Below are positions 1 to 13,193 of a stretch of 64,000 bases of DNA, one piece after another. The number at the start of each line of letters is the position of its first letter. Position 1 is the stretch's first letter. The notes under the pieces are model-generated. The model made no database searches. It was given only the letters and a program-made list of their open reading frames with translations, and was not told the DNA's origin. The DNA is from Curvularia clavata (Eukaryota), in the NCBI GenBank assembly GCA_023920165.1, contig CP089275.1, forward strand, positions 2,666,001 through 2,730,000. Reading direction: 5' to 3'. The translations under genes were made by a program, and so were the position numbers.

Positions 1-668
1 TTTGCGCTTGACGGCCTCGCTGCCGGGCTTGCTGTACTCGCCATCGTCGACGAGGACGAGGTCATTGCTGTGACGAACGGCCTCTACAACGGCAGAGTAG
101 GGCTTGAAGCGGCGCATGCGCTTGAAAGTGCAGATGTGATGGATTGAGACGGGCTTGTTCTTGGGGCCCTCGAGCTCCTTGAACATGTGCTCATCGGTCG
201 CCAGATTTTGTGCGGAGAAGTAGAACTCCATCTTGGTATGGTTAATAAGCGATACTAAGCATGGGAGGACAAGAGTCATACTTGAGCTCGGATCTCGTTT
301 GGATCATCGGTCTCTGGGAGGTCTTCAAACTCGCGATTTGGCCTGGACAAAAGAAATGAGTCAGCCTATACAGCGAATAGAAAGCGAATGGACTGTTAAC
401 CGCACCTCTTCTTGCGATTGTCACGAAAGTTGCCCCGGCCGCTGCGACCACCATGGTTGTCGCGACCAGCGCGACCGTTGCGGTCTTCGCGCTGAGCGCT
501 CTTGTCGTTCGACTTTTTGTTGAGCTCCCACTTCTCCTCTCCGTCGGCGGCATTGGACTCGGCCTTGGGGTCAGCCTTGGAGCCAGACTCGACTTGAGCC
601 GAGTTGTCAGCCTGGGAGGCTTCGGTGGGGTTGGAGGCTGCCGCAGCAGCGTTTTCGGTGTCGGCCAT
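1..668 (-). CDS. LHP1: La-motif RNA-binding protein (Lhp1/La-like), 3'-truncated by the window start; at least 2 introns
   Basis: Spliced translation MADTENAAA...PETDDPNEIRAQ|MEFYFSAQNLATDEHMFKEL...VSIPHICTFKRMRRF matches the La-motif pattern (Q-x-EFYFS...FKRMR). GT..AG introns with branch points. Confidence 0.8.
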
Positions 669-959
669 TTTTAGAATTGGTACGGCGTGAGTCGCGTACT
701 TGAGAAGAAGCGGGCAAAGTCGGGTTCGTATAGGTAGAAACAGGAGTGGGAGTGGGTGAGGAGAAAAAGCGGCAGAAGAGAGGAAGAGCTATGGTTCTGC
801 TAGTGGGGAAATTTCAATACAAGGGTCCATAGCCGCCAAGCCTCAGTCACTGCGGAATTGTTGCTCGCCGCCTGGCTCTGCACAATTGGGACCAGCCGTG
901 ACGACAACAACGACGACGACGACAATAGCAACCCAATTGGCCTACTCCTTGCTCCCATT

Positions 960-2334
960 ATGCCGCGGAAGAAGCCGAGATTCCATTCGCTCAAGAAGCT
1001 GGTGTGCATGCCCTTTCCTTGCTTCGGGAGGATCGCTAAACTGACTTGCTGCAGAATGTTCGCCAGAACTGGTCGCGCTGGTCTCTATACGCTCTTTCAC
1101 AGCTCAAGGCGCCTAATGTAACAACCCGCACGTATTTTCAACAAAAATGGACGGCCAAGGCTGCGACAAGAGCATACCATGGCGAGCACATCCGGGAGAA
1201 GAAGTGGAAGCACATGTTTAAGAGAAATCTGCCCGCCGTAGTGCCCATGGATCACAGATACCTTGCCCGACACGATGGATCAGAGCAGGCTGCCGGACGA
1301 GGTATGGGAGCAGATACACCAGACAAGGCGCGGACGCCGCCCATGACGCCATACATGCAGATGGCCTACTATCCGTTGGAGCGGCGACTGGACACGGCCA
1401 TATTCAGGGCTCTTTTTGCAAGTAGTGTGCGGCAAGCTCGACAGTTTGTTGTCCACGGCCTGGTCAAGGTCAACGGAAAGAAGGTACGTTATGCAGGCAT
1501 TGATTTACTCCCTACCCACTCTAACATGTCTCTCAGATGGTCTACCCAGGCTACGCACTCAATCCGGGCGACATGTTCCAAGTCGAGCCGTCATCCGTCA
1601 TGTTCGCAACTGGAGCTCCCAAAACCAGATCATCGACCGCCCGCCGTGTGACTAAAGAGAAGGCTGCTGCCCGTGCCCAAGAACGCGAGCAAAGTGGGGG
1701 TCAAACCCCTCAACAATCAAAAGACACCGATGTAGTCGTGTCGCAGTCCTCGCGCGAGGAACCCACTCCTGCCGAACTCAAGAAGCAGCTGCAAGAGCTG
1801 ATGGAGCAAGTCGACGGCGTGCTGGCCGAAGACGTCAAGGCCAAGGACAAACAAAAGTTTCGCGCGCTTCGTTCCAGCATAAGGAAAGCAATCAGTCTAT
1901 GGCGCTCTGCCAACCCCGAGACCATCTCGACGCTGGACGCCCAATTCGACTTCCTTAAGACGCAAATTGCCGAGCGCGCCGCCGCCTCGTCTCCGACGTC
2001 ATCCAAGGACGCTTCATCCGCTGCCGAACCCCTCATCTCAGAAGAAGACCAAGCACGTCTGCGGTCGGCCTTTGAGAAGCTCAGACTCGAGACGGAACAC
2101 ACGTCAGCATGGAACAAGCGAGATGCCCAAGCACCGTACGCGACTCCATGGCGGCCAAGAGACTACATGAGTGCCTTTGCCTTTATTCCACGCTATCTCG
2201 AGGTCAACCAAAACATTTGCGCGGCTGTGTACTTGAGGCACCCTGTTGCAAGGCCGGGACTGGCAGAGGTACCCACACCGTTCCACATCGAGACTGGCCA
2301 GTTGGCATTCAACTGGTACCTACGCAACCGGTAA
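960..2334 (+). CDS. NAM9: Mitochondrial small ribosomal subunit protein uS4m (Nam9); introns 1002-1054 and 1484-1536
   Basis: Contains TYFQQKW.AK...[10 protein letters not shown], the S4 motif [33 protein letters not shown] and the C-terminal FIPRYLEV...[12 protein letters not shown]. Confidence 0.93.
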
Positions 2335-2935
2335 TGCATTCACGGTGTAACGGTCGATAGACTGCTGCTAGCCGAGTCAATTGCATTGTATAACATTTTC
2401 TTCAAAACAGCTCGACTACCTATATTATAGACCTCATACCCATATAGTATGCACTTGGAAACGTATGTGATGCACATGCCTCGCGCCAACCATTGCGACA
2501 ACAATGGAAAAAGCAGTGTTTGGTGATATTCCCAGTACGCGTTTCGACCTCGACCTAGCAGATGACAAAAGAGCAACAGAAGAATTTGGCTTTATAATAC
2601 ATGGAAGACCAGGATATTAGTGGGTAGCGTCTTCAGATTACCCGTGAATGTAGAAATGATAGATAACCACCACCTCCATGGCTAGGGCTGGAGCTCAAGG
2701 TGGCATGACAGCGCGGGATTACTTTCCTGTTGAATCCGCAGAACCGAGCGTGATTCCGCTGAGCGGGTTGGATTCAGGGCCCTCTTACGCTAATCATGTG
2801 AAAAATCAGGTGTGTGACTGTATACACATAGGTGGCAGGACGTGTAGATGCGAAACCTCGAGATTTTGATCGTAGGAACTGGTATGGGAAGCCAAAGGCG
2901 GATTTAGAACGCCATAGTAGGCCCCAGCAAGGACT

Positions 2936-4949
2936 TCAGTCGGCTTCTGACTCTTCTTCGTCGAGAGTGTAAATGCTCACTGGGTACCTAAGAGTCTCTG
3001 CGCTAGGCCTGGGGCTTACATCGACGACGCTGCTATCGGGTGTCCAGTGGGAGCTCACCTCGGATGTCGTAGACGCAGCAGCATACTGGTGGAAGCCATT
3101 CGCTACAACTTCGGACATGTCCTGATCTGAATCATAACCGGGTGGCTCGGTGGGCGTCCCTGAGCGGTAACTTGGCAGGCTTTCGGTCCGCGACAATGGC
3201 CTCGAAGGTATTTCCGGAAGCGAAGTTGGAGGATACGTTGATGCGGTTGATAGTGGCGAACAGGGCACATTGGACTGATGCCGCTGACAGACGCAAGGCG
3301 CATGATTGATGTTTCTGCCTTCCTCAGCATCGCGAACGAGGTCATTGACAACGTCGTGTGCCGCCCTCAGTTGCCTAATCTCCTCTTGCATGGCATCTTC
3401 GAGCACACTCTCCTGCTCAGAGATGAGGGCCCTTTTCTCTTCATAATCTGCAATGCGCTCGCTGTCCCGCCGCCGCGCCCAGTTTCCGCGCCACCGGTTG
3501 CGCCACCACGTGCTCCACGCATGCTGGCGGGCTGCTCTGCGATAGGCACGAGCATTGATTCGTTCTTCCCGAGCAGCAGCCCGCTCAGTACGTGTGCGAA
3601 GACTGCTACATTTGTGGCGGATTGCTGTGAAGAGGCAGCCGCAACAGAGGATGCCAAAGGTAATTTCTAAAGCTACAATGAAAGCGGATTCTTTGGTGGG
3701 TCTCGGCGGAAGCTCAACCTGAAAGACGTCAATGTGGATCTTATGCAGGATGTTGAAAGAGAGAGAGAAAAAAGAAGAAACGTGGACATACTGCTGCTGC
3801 CGTGTATGTTTGAGGAGCTGCTGCTGCTGCGACTCTTGAGCCATTTTCAGGAGGCTGCGCTAACTGCGCCACCTGTGCAACATGATCATTTACTTGGGCG
3901 AAAGCGTGCTCAGGGCGACCCATGGCTGTTGGTTTTTGGTTAGGTTGGAAGCGAATGTATGCGATCCTCCAGGCGCCGTGGGCTTTATCGACGATGGTTT
4001 TGACAATGCAAGAGATGGTGTCACAATCACTCAATTCCTGTGAAACGCTCTGGGCCTCCTTTCTCAACCGTGAATGAATGTGTTTTTTCTGCTTGGCAAT
4101 GAGGTCCTGCAGGACCTGTAGCTCAGCCTCAAGGGCCTTTAGTTGGCGGACGTCGTCCTCCAAGGACTCGGCTTGGGCCGGGCTGTCGGCGTTTTCAGCA
4201 ACGACAAGACGGAGGGCCTGAGGAGGCTCGCGCCAGGATTCTGCTACGTCCTTGTTGCTGGCTGACGGGTTGGGGACAGACTCAAGCCTGAGCAGCGACG
4301 GAGGGGAGGTGTGGGGCTTGAAGGAGATGGTAAAACCGGAAGGGGTATCGAGTTGCTTGCCGTCGATGGCTTTGATGCTGAGGGTCAGAAGCTGGGCAGT
4401 GTCAGTCTCGTGGGTGCCGTGAAGACAGGCCGTCTTCCACTCGAGGTCCAGGTCGCGCCGCAGAAGCCAGGCATCCTGTGCAAGGTAGGAGCCCGAGCCT
4501 GAGGCAGAGTCGCCGTTCCACTCTTGGGGGAGATGCAGGCCGTTTAGGGTGATGTTGGAAGAGCCGCAGGCATGGTCTTGGGCGTGACTGGTGAAGCTCA
4601 GGATCTGGAGAGCGGGTCAGCGGGTGGGATGGGTTGGATGATGGTGTTTCGTTGCCTGAAGTGGGCCTTACCAGAGACTCGTCATTCGGGTCCGTGTGGT
4701 CACGGCCAAGACAACCAATGCAGGGCACGCTGAAGGTAGCTTGCGCGTAACTGTGCTGCACGTCTGGTGCTTGTCAGCCGGTGCCTGGACGTGGCGAGGG
4801 ATGCCAGTGAGGATAAAGAGACATGACATACCGAGATGGAGCAGTGTGTCGTCTGCGTGAGCGGGCCGGCCTTGGGGGTGGGGAATGACTGCGGCGAGCA
4901 CAGGCGCAGCCCACGCGCAGGCCGTGAGCAGCTTCGACTTGAAGGGCAT
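2936..4949 (-). CDS. Uncharacterised type I membrane protein (signal peptide, coiled coil, single TM, cytoplasmic tail with PY motifs); about 3 introns
   Basis: Signal-like start MPFKSKLLTACAWAAPVLAA. Exons join via GTATGT/GTAAGG..CTGAC..CAG introns. TM segment AFIVALEITFGILCCGCLF is followed by a basic region and LPSY/PPGY motifs. Confidence 0.75.
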
Positions 4950-5299
4950 GGCGATGCAGCAGAACAGGGCCCGCAAGCGGAGCAAAGTAGACTGCTGGGA
5001 GGACGAGGGGACAGCTGTCTCGTTTCTAAGAGTTGCGGACGCTCGCTTTGGCCGGATCAGGCACCAGTCTCGGACTCAGTCTCAAGTCGCAGCGCCCTTG
5101 GGGGCCTTGTGGCTATGGCGGCTGTCAGCAAAGGGCGAGCCTCGAGAGGGCGCAGCCTTATCACGTGATATGCACGCGCCAAGCCTTGCGCCTGCGCTCG
5201 GACCACGCCCATGATGCAGTGCACTGCACAACGGCAGCCAGGACATTTGGACACGACCTCATTGACGCCGCCCCCAGATCCGCTCAACGGGCCAACGCC

Positions 5300-5809
5300 A
5301 TGGTGTGTCTGTCTCGATTCTGTCCCTTGCAATTGCGCTAATGCCCGTCCCAGCTTCCATTAGGCCTTCTGACGGCCGCGACCGGCCACCCAATGCTCGT
5401 CGAGCTCAAGAGCGGCGAGACGCTCAACGGCCTCCTCGTAAACTGCGACACCTGGATGAACCTGACGCTGCGAGAAGTCGTTCAGACGAGCCCAGACGGC
5501 GACAAGTTCATGCGCCTACCAGAAATCTATGTTCGCGGCAGCACAGCATGTCTACACCTCCCTTGGAACACGCGCGCGGGGCTGACAAGTGCCTAGATCA
5601 AATACCTCCGAGTCCCCGACGAGATTGTCGACATTGTTAAAGAGCAGCAAGCAAAAGACCAAGCGAATCGTGGCGGCCGAGGAGGCGGCATGCACGGCCG
5701 GGGAGACCACCGCGGCGATCGTGGTGGGGGAGGTAGAGGGACCAGGGGAAGAGGGCGCGGCCGGGGAAGAGGTGGAGGCGGCGGAGGAGCAGGTGGTGGT
5801 GGCGCTTGA
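5300..5809 (+). CDS. LSM4: U6 snRNA-associated Sm-like protein Lsm4; exons 5300-5302, 5354-5545, 5597-5809 (second intron GC-AG)
   Basis: [43 protein letters not shown]...[18 protein letters not shown] followed by an RGG-rich tail. Confidence 0.95.
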
Positions 5810-7550
5810 AGGACCTCGATGTCTGCCCGACTGCCTCGCCCGCTGGGACATGTCATGCATAACGCCAATCATCCCAGGGCGCGATGCTAAGGCTTGGACG
5901 TTTGGACACACAGCACTGGCGGAAACTACACGCAGATGCCTTCGACTGCCTTGTCCAGCCGATCGCTTTGGCATGAGATTGCATCACGAGATGTTCTCCT
6001 CTCGTAGCCGTAGCAGTCCATCTACTAGCCTCGGTACACTGTCAGTTGTGCGCGCTGCCTGCGCACAGAACGCATATACCGTGTCGATTGCTGCTGTGCT
6101 TGACATTTCTGGTGATATGGGTCTTGGAATAACTCGGCCGTGTAGGCAATGGACTTGATACGGTACCGGAACGGAATACTCTTTTTTTTTAAGTCTCATG
6201 TTCGAATATGTGCTCAAAGCGATCCAGGTCGTTTGTCGAGGGCCTGTCGACGAGAATTGATGACCTGTTAATCACTGTGCACAAGACGTTCGATTGGTCC
6301 CTAACTTGCGAATCTTGCTACAGTTGAGCCCACCCCCGGAAAGCCGGTCCCATCTGAAGGCGATTTATTCGACCGGCCGGTGTGACTGATGTGTGACTGG
6401 CCGTACATGTAGCGACATTTACGATGTACGATACATGCAAAATACTAGATGTCGGATCCGCAGCGGCAAATGGCCCTCGATTCGGGGCGATCCGTGGCTA
6501 GGTACGTCGCGGAAGGAACGCATACTCTAAACTCACTTGGGAAGCTTTCCGCTCCATGCAGGATTTCCCCGCGTCATCGAGCAACTGTTAGTTAGTTGTA
6601 CCCAACCACCGAACCATATAGCAGGATTTACTCTCTCGCTTGCATCCAACCAGCCGCAAACGAGCCGAGTTCCAGCAACCTGTTTCAAGGCTATTGAGGA
6701 AGGCTCGGGGCGGTGCAGTGGTGTTTCGAATACGAACAAACGTACCGTGCGCACAGGAACCCCGATCACAATGAGAGTACGGAATGGCTCATCCTGGTAT
6801 GCAAAGCCTTTTGCTATCAATCAAGACAGGGTTGTGCAGGCTGCCCTAGCATGTGTGTCGCCAATAGACATGGATGGCCTTGGACTGATAACAATCGACT
6901 GTGCAGTCAGAGGCCACATTGGAATAATGCCAGTCATTGGTGTTGTCCAGCTGGATGGATGAAGGCTTTTCCAGGCACAATTCCCTTGTTTTTTGGGCCA
7001 ATCTGCCGGGCGCATGCTAGCCCTCTCTGTAGGTGTGTGTGTGCGCTCCATACTCTACTTGGTCAACGGGCAGCCTCGCAACATGACCAAGACTGGTGGC
7101 GTAGCGGGGTACCGGAGAGCTCTCTCACGACACGATCCGAAGAAGCGCCTAGCCAGAGGAGCGGAGCTGTATGGTAATACTACAGATTCCGACTTTGCTA
7201 TCCGGCGGCAGCTTGGAAGCGTGGAGGCGTGGTGACAGCGGCCTACCCAGACCCGCCGATCACGTTTGGGTCTGGGGTTACTCCGCGTATTCGCCGAGTG
7301 GAGCGAGTGGCGGCGCACCAAGCCCCACTGGGTCTAGCACACCCCGTCAAGCTGCTTGGCGTTCACCCGCTCGGACAAGGGACACTGCTGACGGCGAGAT
7401 TAGACACGCCCAGGCGGTGCTGGCTGTGGACAAAGATACCCCAGGCTAAGGGCTGGGGGCTCCAGCTATAAAGTATAATTGCGGCATTGCGGCCTGCCGG
7501 CACTGCAGACACTGTCCAGCTTTTCTTTCTTCTTCCAACGGCCCTCCATC

Positions 7551-9278
7551 ATGGCTCCTGCCCAGGCCGACTATGCGCCTGAAAAGTACTCCGCTGAGCA
7601 CTACTCCTCAAGCCAGCATGAAGTCACTCCCGATCTTCCACACCAAATGGCTGCACACGGCCACGCTGCCACAGACATGTACGCACTCCTCCATCGCGCA
7701 GGACTCCCTCGGATAGTTTTGTATTAATCACATGTACAGCTATGGGCACGCCCTGATGGACTTCGACAAGAAGGCAGAGGCGCGCCTGAGGATGAAGATT
7801 GACCTATATATTGTCCCAACCGTAGCTCTCCTTTACCTCTTTTGCTTCATTGACCGAGCCAACATCGGCAATGCACGCTTGGCCGGGCTCGAAAAGGACC
7901 TCCATCTCAAGGGACACGACTACAACTCCATCCTGTCCGTCTTTTACATCAGCTACATTCTTTTCGAGATTCCGTCCAACATGTGCTGCAAATGGATTGG
8001 TCCCGGATGGTGTAGGTACTCTCCAAAACGCACCAACAACAGTAGCAGCACAACAGATACTGACAGCCGTGTTTGCAGTCATTCCCATCATTTCTCTGTG
8101 CTTCGGCATAGCCTCAATAGGAACTGCGTTTGTTCACACCAAGGCCGCTGTCTCGGGCGTCCGCTTCGTGCTGGGTGTGTTTGAAGCCGGAATGCTTCCA
8201 GGAATCGCATACTACATGTCACGGTGGTACAGACGCTCAGAACTCGCCTTTAGGCTGTCGCTTTACATCGTCATGGCTCCTCTTGCCGGTGCATTTGGCG
8301 GTTTGCTCGCCTCTGCCATTTTAACCCTCGACTCATTCGGAAGCCTGAAACGGTGGCGTATGATATTTGCTATTGAGGGAATCATCACCTGTGGGCTGGC
8401 GCTCATTTCCTTCTTCACCCTTACAGATCGCCCGGAAACAGCCCGGTGGTTGACACAGGAAGAAAAGGAACTGGCAATTGCCCGCGTCAAGTCTGAACGC
8501 GTAGGCCAAAACGAGGTCCTGGACAAGCTTGACAAGAAGAAGACGATGCGCGGAATCTTCAATCCCGTAGTACTAACCACTGCTTTCATCTTCTTGCTAG
8601 ACAACATTACCGTGCAGGGTCTAGCTTTTTTCGCACCTACCATTGTCCGTACCATCTACCCAAAAGAGACCGTTGTCTCTCAGCAGCTACATACAGTCCC
8701 GCCATACATTGTGGGGGCCTTCTTCACCGTCCTCCTGCCCTATCTCAGTGGGCGATTTGACCGGCGCCTCATCTTCTTCATTGCCGGAGCCCCCCTGATG
8801 ATGATGGGTTACATCATGTTTCTGGCCAGCAAGGATCCTCAAGTTCGTTATGGAGCCACGTTTGTCATCGCTTCGGGAGCCTTTTCTTTCGGTGCGTTGT
8901 GCAATGCCCAAGGTTCGGCCAATGTTGTATCCGACACAGCGAGAGCGTCTGCAATTGGTGAGTTGCTCATATTTTGGCCGTGGGGAAAATACTAATCAAA
9001 TCTTCATAGGAACTATAGTAATGTTTGGCAACGTTGGCGGCCTAATCTCGACATGGAGTTTCCTACCCACCGACGCGCCTAACTACCCGATCGGTAACGG
9101 GCTCAATCTTGCAACAAGCAGCGTCATCCTAATTTCAAGTATCTTGCTGCTGCTTTGGATGAAGCGGAGCAACAAGAAGCGGGCCAATGTCGATGTCGAT
9201 ACTGAGTTGGCAGGCAAGTCACAGGAGGAAATTGAAGATCTAGACTGGAGGCACCCGTCTTTCCGATGGAGGACCTGA
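7551..9278 (+). CDS. MFS transporter, anion:cation symporter (allantoate/nicotinate permease-like) family; 3 introns
   Basis: Motifs KIDLYIVP...FIDRANIGNARLAG, RFVLGVFEAG.LPGIAYYMSRWYRRSELAFR and WRMIFAIEGIIT. TATAAA near 7467. Confidence 0.92.
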
Positions 9279-9663
9279 GGCGGGCCACGGAATTGAAGGA
9301 AGTTTCATCCACGCGGTGCGATAGTCGGACTAGACATGCGTAGCGTTCTATAGGTATCCGAATAGATAACGACCAAGTCCCGTGTGCATGGCCGTCTATG
9401 GGTCTCTCGAGCAGTGTCGTCAATGTTCGTCCGCCCCCATACACTCCGCAAAAGCCGTTCCCCGCATTGCCCATGCATCATCCCTGCTCGGCCGAAGGTG
9501 ACACCTCGGCTCATCCTCTTCTTGTCGCGCATCGCGACTCGGGTCAAGGTACAAGAAACTGGAGCTATTGTGTAGTCAAGCTTGAAGCTCTACGCTGTAT
9601 TCTTTTAACCCTGCTGTCATTGTGGTTGAAAGAGTAATCATTTGCGTGTTGTGACGACCAGCC

Positions 9664-10878
9664 ATGCCCTCCGCCATTGTGATCAAGCAGGTCCCAGGCA
9701 AGCCGGGACAGGTCTACTATCCACTCGAGAAGATTACCGTACCCGAGCCCAAGCCCAAGGATAATGAGGTAGCTACTATTCCCCTGTTCACCGCCCGCCT
9801 ATGCGCCCACTACACAGACTGACCGTTAAGCTTAGGCCGTAATAACGCTCACAGCAGCCGCCCTCAACCACCGCGACCTCTTCATCCGCCAACACCTGTA
9901 TCCAGGGACCACATTTGGCGTGCCTCTCCTCGCAGACGGTGTGGGTGTTGTGACATCCACGGGCTCTTCGCCGTCAGCCAAGTCATGGCTCAACAAGCGC
10001 GTTGTGCTCAACCCCGGAACCGGCTGGAAGGACAATATCGATGGACCAGAGCATCCAAAGGGATACGCCATCATGGGCGGAACCAAGACTAATCCTGTGG
10101 GCACGCTGCAAGACGTATGTGTGCTCGATGCAGCTGAATTGGAGGAATGCCCCCAACATTTGTCCGACGAGGAGGCGGCTGCACTCCCTCTCACCGGCCT
10201 GACAGCATGGCGGGCGTTCCAGGTCAAGAGCGGAAATGCTGTTGCGGGCAGAAACATCTTGATTACTGGTATCGGTGGTGGTGTGGCTCTTATGGCGCTG
10301 TCCTTTGCTGTTGCTCGTGGCTGCAATGTCTACGTCACAAGCGGAAACCAGGACAAGATCGATAGGGCCGTCAAGTTGGGTGCCAAGGGTGGTGCCATTT
10401 ACAAGGAAAAGGATTGGGACAAGAAGCTACAGGCTATACTGCCAAAGGACAGACCGTATCTGGATGCCATCATCGACGGTGCTGGAGGCGATGTCGTCAA
10501 GGTTGGCAGCAAGCTCCTAAAGGTTTGTTCACTCTCCATAGTTGCCCTCGTCTACACCTACGCAGAGGCTAACCAGTTCGTTTCCAGAATGGAGGTATCA
10601 TCTCCGTCTACGGCATGACCATTTCGCCCAAGATGGACTTCCTCATGTCTGCCGTACTGCGCAACATCGAAGTCCGTGGCTCTACCATGGGCTCACGGAA
10701 AGAGTTTGCAGAAATGGTCCAGTTCGTGCGCGACACAAAGATGAAGCCGGTCGTCAGTCGCAGTGTACATGGGCTAGATATTCAAAAGATCGATTCGCTC
10801 TTCGAGGATATGAAAAATGCAAGCCAATTCGGGAAGTTGGTCGTCACGCTTGGTAACGAGAAAGTAAGCAAGTTGTAA
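9664..10878 (+). CDS. MDR-superfamily NAD(P)H quinone oxidoreductase / zinc-binding dehydrogenase-like protein with C-terminal PTS1 (SKL); 2 introns
   Basis: Motifs AAALNHRDLF, AAALPLTGLTAWRA and ILITGIGGGVA, and C-terminal GSTMGSRKEF...QFGKLVV...VSKL. Confidence 0.9.
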
Positions 10879-12070
10879 GTGGGAACCTATAGAACTATGC
10901 GTTTGGGACCGCATCCCCAGCTGTGTCATATGACACTTAACAGCATTGAAGTGTTGCGCACATTGCTTCAGATTTAGGTCTCATGTTCATGCGATCTGCG
11001 TGCAGCAATATGGTTCTGCTTCTTTTTTTTACTTCGGGGGCAAAGCAAGCTGCAGCCACCATATGCAACACCCCCATGTTCGACCACAAGTCTTTCTCTT
11101 TCAAACATGTCCAATTCTCTTTGCCTAATGTACATCGTCTCGCTACATTGTGCCCATACGAAAATGTTGTGGGCCTGCCATATCTGCCTGAAAGCAATCA
11201 TTATTGCATAGACGTACGGGCTATGGGTGCTGTATGGTGCCACCAGCTTTCGATAACCGCCCAGACCATATTGATACATTCACGTGCCATTGCACCGGCT
11301 GCAAGGACATCGCTTCCTGTGGGTGAATTGGTTTCATGGCGCGGAGAAAAATAAGGTTGGGTATACCGTACCGCATCAAGGGAATGCGATTCTGTGAGAA
11401 ACAGCGAGCGCACGTTGCTTTGCCTGCATGAAACAGATGGGAATTGGATCAGTAAATCTCCGGGTCCATTTGACAGACCTAGACCCCCCCTATGTACACA
11501 CAGACACGCACTAAATAAATATTGTTGATCAAATGGTGTGAAACCACCGCATCATGGTTACTACACAGCAGCTATGCAGAGATCCATAAGCTGCGCCCCA
11601 ACCTAGCCTTGCATACACACGCATCTTGATTGCGCCTGAAGTCTTCTGCAAGTCTTGGGAAACGCAAGAAATCTCTTAGCACAAAAGAAAACTGCCATGA
11701 TTTGAGCCGGAGACAAAGTCCGGCAACGCACAGCATAATCAATGTCATGACGAAATCGACATTGGCCCTTGGCACTCAACAGAATAAGCACAAGCATGCC
11801 CATGGCATATTTGAGGAATAAGATAAGGTAACAGACCACGCAAAGACGCCGGCCTTGTAGGGTGTACGTGCCCCGTCTGTCTCTTCTCATAACTCCGTAT
11901 CATCGACAATGCTCTCGTGTGTTCGTTTCCCCGCAAGTTGCAGTCCATTTGCTTCAAAGTTGCCAGCCACCACATACGACGTGATACGGTAGCACGCATT
12001 TCGTAGAAGAGAAGTTTTGTAGTCTGGATTCTTTGATTCTTGTGTGTGTGTGTGCACACTCTAGTCAGAA

Positions 12071-13193
12071 ATGCGGTTCAATCTATCAGCAAGCGTGAAG
12101 CAGGTAGCGCAGCTCTTGAATCCCGATCTCGAGATACCGAATGCGCCAACGGCGTCGCAGTCGCCGCCACTACCCTCGCCGGCATCATCATCCTTGTCAG
12201 CACGGCGTTCAGAACCATCAACACGTAGCCGAGGCAACTCTCTGTCGCTCCGGTCATCACTTTCCTCACGGCGTAAACGCAGACAAGCCACAGTCATATA
12301 CACGCCGCCGGCGACATCAACATCTGAAGACGCAGCAGCAGCACGCACGTCGATACAGGTTGATTACGCGGCATCGACAAGTCGAGATCCTACACTGCGT
12401 TTTTATAATCCCGTGCAGCCGCCTCCAACCCAACAGCAAAAACCAGGTCGATTGTCTTGGAAGAGAATGAGCACGAACACGGCGGGGACGAATAGGTCTT
12501 CTGGCAGCACAAAGAAGAAGAGGGCATCCTGGAACGGGTTCCAAAATACTTCGGCTCCAGCTCCTACCACTGCAGCACAAGATGTTCCCTCCGTCCGTGG
12601 AGCAGACAAATCCAAGCCTTACTTTCCGCTCGCCGGCATAGCACGAGACGGCTACTCCAACGACAAAGAAGCAACAGCCACTTGTTTCTGTGGCGCCGTC
12701 CAACTGGCTTTTCCCGTCGAGGGACCGGGTCTCTTATCGACATTTGTCTGTAATTGTACCGATTGTCGAAAAATTACTGCTTCCATGTTTGCGTCGAATT
12801 TTACTGTCAAAGATGAGTGAGTCTGATTTCCTTTCCTTTCTCTCTCCTTTCACGCTTCAAGCCCACGCCCCAAGAACCCAATCCCCACTAACCACACCCA
12901 GATATCTCAAACACCTGCGAGGAAAAGCCAACCTCTCAAAGTACTCTCAAGCCACCACCATAGCCTCTGGACACTCCATGGCCAACTACTTCTGCACCAC
13001 CTGCGGGACCCTCATGTACCGCGTGGGCGCCGCCTTCCCCGGCTGCTCTATCCTCCGCCTGGGCACCGTCGACGATTTCAACTTGGCAGAGACCAAGCTA
13101 AAACCTACCCGTGAGCTGTTTGTCAAGGATCGTGTGGGCTGGTTCACCGGGGTGCAGGGCCATGAGGTCAAGAGGAAATCGGCCATGCTTTGA
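12071..13193 (+). CDS. GFA/Mss4-like (CENP-V/glutathione-dependent formaldehyde-activating family) zinc-binding protein; intron 12817-12901; start codon uncertain
   Basis: Motifs ATCFCGAV...VCNCTDCRK...YFCTTCGT.M. Confidence 0.85.

Noticed and set aside
858..959. Non-AUG in-frame upstream extension of NAM9 containing a GAC/AAC repeat
   Set aside because: An acidic repeat is unlike a mitochondrial presequence, so this is more simply 5' UTR or promoter sequence.
6200..7500. Short overlapping ORFs upstream of the MFS gene
   Set aside because: They show no homology or coding-like bias, and the region is probably regulatory.
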